From NCBI GenBank assembly GCA_051530055.1, contig CM121343.1:6914389-6978388 (forward strand): a DNA stretch of 64,000 bases, written 5' to 3'. Under the pieces are notes generated by a model that had not been told where the DNA came from, made no database searches, and saw only the letters and a list, made by a program, of their open reading frames with translations. The translations under genes were made by a program, and so were the position numbers. The number at the start of each line of letters is the position of its first letter. Position 1 is the stretch's first letter. This document shows, one piece after another, positions 23,438 to 32,802 of the stretch. This DNA comes from Neoechinorhynchus agilis. Its lineage: Eukaryota > Animalia > Acanthocephala.

Positions 23438-23475
23438 AAACTGATGATGAACACGACGAGGTTCGAAACGTCTTT
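23438..23475 (+). ncRNA. Duplicate of the minimal hammerhead motif at 7278-7315
   Basis: Identical CTGATGATGAACACGACGAGGTTCGAAACGTC; core 23441-23447. Confidence 0.6.
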
Positions 23476-24618
23476 AATAAATAATCATTTACCGCGGGTG
23501 TAGACTTCTAAACAATAATTCCAATCACATTTCCGGGTACCTCACATATCGACAATTACAAAAAAATTAAATAATAAAACGAGTTATTCTTCTTCTATCA
23601 TTTAAAATCAATCTTATAGCTTTCCATACGATTCCGTTAAATCTCTCCCCTTGTCCCTTGCCGAATGGATGCTATTGGTCCGAATGGCTACAAACTGTTC
23701 CCTGATGAAAGTAAGGAAGGAGCGTTGTATTAGTGGCTAAGTCAGGAGCTCTAAAAATTGAATTTGCTCAACATGGACACTGGATCGCACTTGCTGACGA
23801 AGTGTCTTTAAATACAAAAGCGAACGGGTATCCACAGTATTCGTCAAGGAGGGAGGCTGCGATTGCTGAAATAAAATTTACCTTCTCTCAATGTAGTCAA
23901 TTTAATCATTAATCTTCAATTCTGTGAGTTAGCGAAACAGTGACTTACGGTTTTTTTTTGAATTTCCTATCATTCTGTTTGGAATTCTCTGGATTTTGTG
24001 CTTTCGCAGTGCCAAGCGTCGTTCTCTCTTTAATTACGAATTTTAATCTAAAACGATGAAATGAGTGCGTTAACGTATTTTAAACTCTTATTGAAAGAAG
24101 AGAACAACTCAATAAATGGATAAACCTTTAAAGCTCCGTTCACGTGCCTCAAAGATTAGAGTAAGAGGTGAGTTTTGCTAACTTACTGATTTCAATTTCA
24201 AGAAATGCCGAGAAGATACTCGTCGCATTGAAGAAATCACTGTTACTTTTATTTTAGATCCGCATTAAATAGATAATATAAATTAAATCGAGGCTCTCTC
24301 CGAAGATTGATTGCGCTACATAAAAATCGTTAAAAGTTTATTGTCGCCAGTAATTCGAGAATATCTCTAAAGAATACATATTTGCGTCCTCCGAGGCAAT
24401 TGATTCCTCCAGCATCTTAAAAATAAGAAGGACATTTCACGTTTCATTTTAAATATTTCCTTTTAATTCTTTTCAAGTAAGTAAAAATATTCAAGTGAAA
24501 AGCCAGCATTCAACTTTTTTAAATTCTGTGAATATTTTAATTGATTAAAAAATCATTCATGTCTTTTGTGAGGCGAGTGTAAAAAGATGAAATTTATTTT
24601 TACCAAAATGACAATTTC

Positions 24619-24947
24619 TCACTTCGACAAAATCATTCTCCTCTTTTTCAAAGCGAATACAGCAATCCGAGCATGATTTGATTGTAGACCAAATTTTTCA
24701 ATCAATAAATTAATTTTTTGTGTCGTCGAATGTTTTTTTAGCATCTCTTCTAAAGCAACGATCGAATCTATTCCGCTTTCTTCGAATTTATGAAGACTTC
24801 GTTTTCCTACTCCTGGAACACAAAGCAGATCCTTGTGATCGAATTCGCGATTGAGAAAGCAATCGATCTTTGCCGAAAAAAGAATTGATCCATGTTTGGA
24901 TCCACCTCCTTACAGCATTTTTCGGATCACGTTTCGTTTTCGGTCAT
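24619..24947 (-). CDS. BAF-like copy 3 (same A6 variant as copy 2)
   Basis: 329 nt; A6 at 24876-24881; otherwise in frame to the stop. Confidence 0.5.
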
Positions 24948-26551
24948 CGGTGAATTCGATTTTGTCAATGATGAGCCCTTAAGTGTGCATAATGTTGCTA
25001 TGGCAACGCAACCGAGATGCTGGCAGTACGGGAACCCCAAATTTTTCTTGAACTAGCAATGTTTTCGCAACCTACCGTTGCAACGGTTTGTGGCAGACTG
25101 TAAACCCTTTCAAGGACCTCTGGTTCTTCACATCCGTCATAAATAACCAAATAAAGAAATCAACGAAGTGTCCCATAATCTATATTCGGAGGTTCCGACT
25201 AAAAGGTGGCCGCAAACGATTGTTATTCAATCTAATCTCATGCTTCCGAGACCGATCCTTCATCAACGCTACTTGGCCCGTTTGCTAAAAGCGATATCCC
25301 TAGGATCTCATCCATTACACATTTCGCCGATAAACTGAAGGTCAACTTCATCAACCTGCAGTACGCCATATTCTTCAATGAATTTATTGGATCTTATTTT
25401 GACTTTCAAGACGTGGAAGTGACTATTGGTAATTAAGATTCGAATATCCTCGTCTCTGATCTATCACCTGATCTGGATCAAACAGATCGCAAAGGTTATG
25501 AAGATAAATTACGATGCTGCATTATTTTTATCGTGAAATCCAAGAAAACGGCGAATCCGATACCGAAAGCCGTTTTCCTCTGGCAAGAAAAAACAGAAGG
25601 ATCCCCTACGATAATATTTAATATTCTTTAAATAAGACCGTTACCCATTGTAAGATGTTGGGATCTTTGAATAAATTCTATAATTTTATTCATTGTCGCA
25701 TTAAAATGAGTAATAATGAAAAAACCTGTTTTTCTGGGGAGCGAAATCTGTACCCAACAGTCTATTTTGTTGATTCTCCACTCTTTTATACAAGGACGAC
25801 GATTTTTGGAAATTAGTTAAATATCTTCTCGGAAGACGGGATTTAGTTAATGGATTTATACAAGATTTGTTTAAATTAGTAACTAAGTTTGCTTCTTTAA
25901 GAGAAATCGAAAGCTTGTTAAAATACAAAGTCATATTATTCAATAAGATGTTTCATAGTCTGGAGGAGCAGAATGGATAAATGTTATCAGCGTATACTAC
26001 CGGCTGTATATTTTTGAAGCCTTTCATTGATTTGAATATAAAAATTATGACTATCCAAAAAAGGGCGGGAGATTAAAGAGTCATGAGACAAGCCAATTCT
26101 GGAGTAAAGTTTTGAAGACGAGGGGTCTACGTCGTAATAAAATTCTTTATAATCAATTGAGTGTTGAATCTTTTAAATAATATCGAAAGGAACCTTGATT
26201 TCCTGTAAAACCTTATAAAAAATGATTGTTTTGATTCGATATAATCGAAAATAGTTAATATAATCTACGGCTATCTGGGTTTTGACAATCTTAATTGAAA
26301 CATTTTTCATTCTTTTAGCCTGTTGGTATGCAGATATGCCATAAATCTGCCGTATATATTTAAAAATGAAACTGCTCACGATTGGTAAGTAATGGCGACA
26401 AAAATTATGTAAATTTATTACACGATTCTCATCCAAACACTTCAAGACAAATATATTAACTAATGCTTCGTTGTTTATACAAGAATTCTCATTGGATTCT
26501 TATAAATTCTTCATCCAAACATTTCAAGAAAAAAAATATAAACTAATGCTT

Positions 26552-26969
26552 GTGGCGGGAGGGCAAATGCCTTCTCTGGACCGCCACGTGTGTTGACACC
26601 CCCGTAGTCAGCAACATCCGCTACTCCCTCGAAATCGCCGGTGGTGCCGCCAGTGCAACGGAAGGGAGAAAAATACGGAAATATATTCAGTTATCGAAGG
26701 CTCACTATTTTGTCCCCTTTGGGGTAGAGACGTATGGAGCGCTCGGCAGCTCGGCACTCTCTCTGCTCCAGGATCTCTCGAAGAAATTGCGAGAAGCGAC
26801 CGGCGACGCACGAGCAGGTGTATTCCTGCGACAAAATATCTCGCTCGCAGTACAACGAGGCAATGCTGCTAGCGTGATAGCGACCGCCGACGATGGAGAG
26901 AAATTAAGATTTTGCGGACGGTGGTGATTGCACGATTTGTGCTTCATTATTGCGAAAATGAGCATTTTT
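26552..26969 (+). mobile_element. 5'-truncated CRE copy inserted in an ~82-bp minisatellite
   Basis: RLE C-terminus ...AVQRGNAASVIAT..GRW*; flanked by TAAACTAATGCTT at 26539-26551 and 26970-26982. Confidence 0.85.
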
Positions 26970-27398
26970 TAAACTAATGCTTCGCTGTTTATACAAGAAT
27001 TCTTATTGGATTCTTATAAATTTTTCATCCAAACATTTCAAGAAAAATATATAAACTATTGCTTCGTTGTTTATACAAAAATTCTTATTGGATTCTTAAC
27101 GAGGCTTCATCCAAACATTTCAAGAAAAATATATTAACCAATGCATCGTTGTTTATATAAGACTTCTCATTGGGTTTTTATAGAGGCTTCATCCGAACAT
27201 TCCAGGAAAAAAATATAGACTAATGCATCGTTGTTTATATTAGACTTTTTGCATTCTAATCGAGGCTTCATCCGAACATTTCAAGAAGAATATATAAACT
27301 AATGCATCGTTGTTTATATACGAATTCTCATTGGATTCTTATTAAGGCTTCATGCAAACATTTTAAGAAAAAAATATAAACTAATGCTTCGTTGTTTG
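26970..27398 (+). repeat. ~82-bp AT-rich minisatellite (~5 diverged units; partial units at 18590-18720 and 26420-26551)
   Basis: Recurrent AAACTAATGCTTCGTTGTTTATA...CTTCATCCAAACATTTCAAGAAAA. Confidence 0.9.
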
Positions 27399-27594
27399 GC
27401 CTCCTCGGATTCATTAGGGCTTTCTTCTATGCATCTCTGAGTCGGATATCAATAAAATCATTTTTAAATTTTAGTCTATCCCTTTCTTGTCCGGCTTATT
27501 TATTTAGGCATAAAGCCAAACCAATTACATCAGAGATGTGATATAACCACATAGTCTCTAATGTCGGTTAAGAGTTTGTACATTACTCCGGATC

Positions 27595-27659
27595 CTCAGA
27601 TACCTCCAGGAGACGGGACTCATCAGTGAGTCTCCTACCTTCAGCGGTATTTCGTCCCC
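27595..27659 (-). ncRNA. Hammerhead-like motif with permuted strand order, copy 1
   Basis: Minus strand: GGGAC-GAAA-TACC-gctgaaggtaggaga-CTCA-CTGATGA-GTCCC-gtctcctgga-GGTA-TC-TGAG. Confidence 0.55.
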
Positions 27660-27675
27660 TTTGGCTGTGCGTCAT

Positions 27676-27747
27676 TGGTGGTAACGGATTCGAACCACTT
27701 GACTCCTAATCGGGATCACGGGCCTTAGTCCACTTGACCACCTCGAC
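27676..27747 (-). pseudogene. tRNA-derived (Ser/Leu-like 5' end) segment / SINE-type head with A and B boxes; not a canonical tRNA
   Basis: GTCGAGGTGGTCAAGTGGACTAAGGC...GTGGTTCGAATCCGTTACCACCA, 72 nt. Box A TGGTCAAGTGG, box B GGTTCGAATCC; acceptor and anticodon stems do not pair. Confidence 0.7.
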
Positions 27748-27975
27748 ACAACTACGAAATGTCAAACTCAGCCAGTTTATCGACTCAGGGTGAGCACTGT
27801 GTTCTGTTTTAAGTTTTACTGGCAAGCCGGTATTGTTATCGTCATTAAATTTTAGTCCATCCCTTTCTTGTCCGGCTTATTTTTTAGGCATAAAGCCAAA
27901 CCAATTACATCAGAGAAGTGATATAACCACATAGTCTCTAATGCACGGTTATGAGTTTGTACATTCCTCCGGATC

Positions 27976-28040
27976 CTCAGATACCTCCAGGAGGCGGGAC
28001 TCATCAGTGAGTTTCCTCCCTTCAGCGGTATTTCGTCCCC
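27976..28040 (-). ncRNA. Hammerhead-like motif with permuted strand order, copy 2
   Basis: Minus strand: GGGAC-GAAA-TACC-gctgaagggaggaaa-CTCA-CTGATGA-GTCCC-gcctcctgga-GGTA-TC-TGAG. Confidence 0.55.
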
Positions 28041-29184
28041 GGATGGTTCAGTGCTTCTTAACCGTGCATTAGAGACTATGTGGTTATATCACTTCTCTGA
28101 TGTAATTGGTTTGGCTTTATGCCTAAAAAATAAGCCGGACAAGAAAGGGATATACTAAAATTTAATGATGATAACAATACCGGCTTGCCAGTAAAACTTA
28201 AAATAATAAAATCATTAATTGTATTGCTTTGCTTTCCATCATAAAGGGACAGTGGATGTGAAGCCTAAGCGCTGTAGCGTGTAACCGAGATACGATTGCT
28301 TATCCGGAAATCAACAATGTTTATGGTAAAACTAGAAGTTGATTCAATGGTGAGGATTGCCAGTTGCAACAGTCACCGTGATCCCAGTCTGTCTGGGGCA
28401 GCTATTTGGTTGCCTCCGCTGATTCTGGCAAAAAATCATTATTACATGTAAGAAGATTTAAGATAAACGTCGATAAAATTCACTGGAACGTATTCTTACG
28501 GGACTTAAGATTATTTCTTTTATAAGCCTTGTCAAATGACTTATAGTTCCTGGATTCGGATTTTGAATTGGTGGTTAATTATGCGACTAAATATTGATTA
28601 AGTTAATCTCATATTGAGATGTTGGGGTCAAAAACAGTTTTTAGGTGTTATCTGAATTCAGAAAATACCGCTGGAATTTTGGATTTAGTTCGCAACGTCC
28701 TGTAAATGAAGATTAAAAGTTAGAAAAACGGGTATATTCGACCGAAATTGACGCTAGGATCCTGAATGGGCTCTAGAGTGTTTTTGTTCCGATTTTAATG
28801 TTTAGAGTCCGTTGAAGCCGTGCAAATAAATACTTAAACAAGATTCAATTGAAATTTCCCCGAGGATTCTGATTGGAGTTCGGAAATGCTTATGCATGCG
28901 TAACTGAACTCAGAGAAAACCAATATCGCCGCCAGATTATCAAATATTGTTCAGGGAGGGTTCTTAAGTGTTAATAAAAACCTAGGGTGGGTCAGGTAGA
29001 AGCGGATTCAAATTTGTCAGTCAGAATTGTGAAACTGTTGCAATAAAACGTTTTGTTTTACGAGTACTCACGGTAGGTCTTAATAATGCCAAGCGTATCG
29101 AAGGATTTTAAAAATGCAAACGTTGCTTTTAAATTAGTCGAAAAATTAACATGAATTATCAATTTAATAAATCTTACTATCTTT

Positions 29185-29335
29185 TGGTAGTTTTGCCACC
29201 CCGTCGGATTTGGATTCACTAATTTATTTCCTCCGATATTTCACCTCTCGGATAATTCTGACATTTCCTCTAGGTTTGTCATTGTTTTATTTACAATAAA
29301 TCAGTGAGTTTAAATCTGGTGTGGCAAAACTACCA
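29185..29335. mobile_element. MITE-like foldback element, short copy
   Basis: 15-bp perfect TIR TGGTAGTTTTGCCAC/GTGGCAAAACTACCA plus imperfect internal arms; related to 36646-36875. Confidence 0.75.
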
Positions 29336-29579
29336 ATGTATCTTTTCCCCTGAAGACAGTGATCCAAAAAATCGTATTATGTCGGAGTTCGAAGATGATT
29401 AGTCTAACTGCAATTCAGCTCCCGTAAAATGATTTTCATTTTACGATAATATTTACAGACTACAGCGACCAATGATGCGATTGATTAAAGTGAGTACGCG
29501 AGCATCAAAATAAAGAACTGGTTTTGAATGATCTCTGTAGTCTTCAATTGCTCAATTGATCGAAGGCATAAAGTAGATC

Positions 29580-30125
29580 TCAAAGATTGTCATAGTTCGA
29601 CTGGAGCAAACGATTTAGATGAATTTCAGGATGAGTTTTCAGCTTGGCAAAATTAGGTGCAGCGTCGTCTCCAAGGTAGTACATCCACATTTCCGGATTC
29701 CATTCTTCAACCGGTGGAAAGTTCGTATACTTTTTCAAATCAACCTCAAGATTGGCTTTAACAGGCCTTAATTCCACAATTTTATCCTTCATAATCTTCT
29801 GGCATTTATTCAAATGATCGTCAATTTGCTTCAAAACGTCAGTTGAATCCTTGGGAGCCGAAATATTTACTTTCGAATAAACACGCTCGAGATTGTCTAT
29901 CTTATCGATTGTTGATTGATTTCTCGCAACTTTGCGATAATGGTCGAAATCAATTTTCGGTAAAGAGGCTGGGAGGCTATTAACTTTAGCAATATATGCA
30001 TCATTTTTGGCTTTTAGTGCATTAAAATAAGATGCATCGTGAGTTCCGGGAAGTAGGGATCGAAATTTTTCCCAATCGATTTTGCTAACTACGCGTGGTC
30101 CTCTAGATGCTAGTTTAGAGCTCAT
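29580..30125 (-). CDS. ATP5PD: Mitochondrial ATP synthase subunit d
   Basis: SKIDWEKF...FNALKAKND...VNSLPASLPKIDFDHYRKV family signature; 181-aa single ORF. Confidence 0.88.
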   Translation of the reverse strand: MSSKLASRGPRVVSKIDWEKFRSLLPGTHDASYFNALKAKNDAYIAKVNSLPASLPKIDFDHYRKVARNQSTIDKIDNLERVYSKVNISAPKDSTDVLKQIDDHLNKCQKIMKDKIVELRPVKANLEVDLKKYTNFPPVEEWNPEMWMYYLGDDAAPNFAKLKTHPEIHLNRLLQSNYDNL

Positions 30126-31957
30126 CTGAAAAAAAGAAAACTTCCTGAACGTATTCGCTAAGGTATACCGCCAAATTGAAAGACTCAGCTAAGATCAATC
30201 AGGCAATAGTGCGATAGTGGCATTCCAATGAGCACAAAAAGACAAATACGGAAGAATGTACTTAAATTGACGTCATGAGTTGGTCAGTGAGGGCATTAAT
30301 TTTAAAATTTGTATTGCGAATCGCAGCTAAACGCTGAGCTCACGTAGGGAAAAGTGTCACAGTTGGCAATCGAATAGTAAACGAAAATTGTTATTTTAAA
30401 TTATCAATAGAAAATCCTTGGGAACCACAATTCAAAATATTTTCAATTATGAAGAATTAAAAGCTGAAGAAGGCCGATAAATTTAACGTATTTTTCTATT
30501 TTAAAAGATTATTGGTGTATTGATGGTAATCATTTAATCGTACAGAAGATAAACGCAGTTATTTAGCGATGGGACACCGCCACGGGCACTACCACGACGA
30601 AATACCTATTAATTTCGATGTCTTTAAAAATTAAAACTCTTAATTGTCATAGATTCGAAAAATTATTGTCAGACTTAAAGCGTCAGAAGAATAAAAATAC
30701 GCTTAAGTACTGCAGAAATTCCCAGTAATCAGTTTTCAAAGTTTTAATATAACCCTTCTTCTCACTCACGCATTTTTCTCCCTCGAGAGGTTGCAGTTCC
30801 CTCGACAACCAATTTATCCTGTTTCAAAGTTTGAATATAAACCAATGCAATAAATAATAACAAATCAAGAGTCACATTTTGAAGCTGATAATTAAATGCT
30901 AAGAATTTTTTTCTATAAGTAGATTCTAACAAGGATTTCTATTCAATGAAAAAACCTTGCAGCTTAATCGTTACAAGAATGCCAGAATATTTTTTCAAAG
31001 CGAAATAAGTTTTAAATGGAAATGTAAGCATTGCTATACGTCGTGAAAACGGCACTAAAACAAATATTTGCGATTTAATTTACACAAAAATAAAAGTTGA
31101 ATTTTTTAATTCGAATTATTCATTTACATGCATGGCATTTATAAACTTTTTATTTCAATAACGACCCGCCTTTGCACATCAAATATCCAATGGAAAAACA
31201 GTGATTTAGAAGAGTAATTTATCTTTAAAAACTTAATAATCATCATGGACTATTATTAGGTTCAATGTGAAATCATGAATTTGTTTTGCGTAAATTCAAA
31301 AAACTGCCCTATTTTTGCGAAATTTTCATCTTCTTGTCCTTGACTTTTGATTGGTCCATTAATGTACTTTTTCGATATTAACATCAGTTAAAAGGGCAAC
31401 ACAAATGATTATTCGTCAAAAAGTCAGTTTTCGCGCAGAAATCATTGTTGTCATGCTGTCCTTGTTTGCTTGGTTAAAAATGTTTATAAAAATTCTTACC
31501 CTGAAAAAGGCTTATCGGATTTCATGGAAAATCGAATAATTGCAACAAAAAAATTAATTTTTCCACAAAAATATTAAATGAAGCACATTGTAAATAATTT
31601 AAAATCAAAAGCGGTAAGGCCATCGGCAGCAACATATAACAATTTAATGAACATGTTATATTAACGCAATACCTTTATTTTTTGCTGTGAACAATTCTAA
31701 TCTGAAGCTTCAAGACTTGAAAATCGCGTTCGTGGATAAGCAAGAGGGAAACTAAATTTATATACATAACCTGCATAGGCACTGACGGTATCCAAAGAGT
31801 TGAATTAAATACATGAATGTGGTTGATAACTGACGGCACCAAATCCTCTATAGAACGCACTTGGGAAACTCGGATAAAGCCACAAATTAGTCGAATAGAA
31901 GTTGATCAGATTATTACATTCCTTCTTCGGCTTTGAAGTTTTTCCTTTTTGGCATGT

Positions 31958-32022
31958 CCGGATTCTCAGATACCTCTCGGGAAGGTGGGTCTCACCAGTG
32001 AGTTTCCTCCTTCCATCAGCGG
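31958..32022 (-). repeat. Third, diverged and 5'-truncated copy of the permuted hammerhead-like motif
   Basis: Minus strand CCGCTGATGGAAGGAGGAAACTCACTGGTGAGACCCACCTTCCCGAGAGGTATCTGAG; core mutated to CTGGTGA; GGGACGAAA strand absent. Confidence 0.7.
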
Positions 32023-32802
32023 AGCGATAGATGTGACTTCATCATGCCAAAAGGGAAAAACTAAAAAGCCGACGAATGGATGTCCTAAATCAGAATCAAT
32101 CGAACCAGATTGTCGGTAAAAGCATTTAAAGAAGTTATGCATTTATCCTTCAAATGAACACCATCGCTACCAACGTGACGAAAATCCAATTCACTTTTTC
32201 GATCGCCTGAGTGATGATAGAAGTCTGTATATGCGTCATCCTAGTTAGGCTCCACCAGCTCTGCACTACTAGAGGAACCGGAGTCCAAGTTTCATATCGT
32301 CTAAGAGCTGTTGGTTATTGTTTTTTAGAACTAAAATGAACAGTTGCATCACCCGTCCGCCCTGCTAAGTAGCCCGCCGCGCCGCAAAGTGTCAATATAT
32401 TTGGAAAACGAGACTAGAGATCTACCCGTCGTCATACTGCTGGAGAATACTCGTTAAAAGACATTTGGCTACGATGTAATCTCCCGCTCCGTATGCGTAA
32501 CCTTCCACGTATACATTAGTTCTCGATGAACACTCGTCTATGCTACAGTTCGTGCTGCAGCAATGTTGCCGTAGTACGCTGCTGGGTACAACAGCTCCAA
32601 TGTATAGAGATGACATCAGTTTGCGACATTGTGTTCGTTTCCTGCGGCTACTGATGACTTGCTCAATAGCATTCCGGTGGCACTAGTGATATGTTCGCAT
32701 GAATAATGAACTAGTTTTTGGGCGTGAGTTGCGTTTTCGTCAACTCATGGTGGCTCGTTTCGTCTTATTCGTGCTATTAAGCACTTTTTTTAGAATATAA
32801 AC

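Larger units (their letters stand above)
22216..26790 (+). repeat. Chimeric segmental duplication (14683-15018 + 6322-9135 + 17261-18950)
   Basis: Piecewise identity at offsets ~7533, 16160 and ~7827. Confidence 0.9.
27463..28204 (-). mobile_element. Non-autonomous retroelement-like composite (tandem 381-nt unit with tRNA-like segment and hammerhead-like motif, plus 145-bp inversion)
   Basis: Flanked by AATAAAATCATT at 27451-27462 and 28205-28216. Direct repeat 27465-27659 ~ 27846-28040. Inverted arms 27807-27951 / 28059-28203. Confidence 0.7.

Noticed and set aside
27590-27660. HDV-like ribozyme or canonical type II hammerhead fold
   Set aside because: Only 15 nt lie between the candidate P1 strands, too short for P2/P3/L3. 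For type II there is no UH triplet plus stem I between GAAA and CUGAUGA.
27676-27747. Functional tRNA gene
   Set aside because: Acceptor and anticodon stems do not pair; only the promoter boxes, D arm and a weak T arm remain.
30596-30606. GACGAAATACC identical to segment A of the permuted hammerhead
   Set aside because: Isolated 11-mer with no CTGANGA or complementary strands nearby; plausibly chance.
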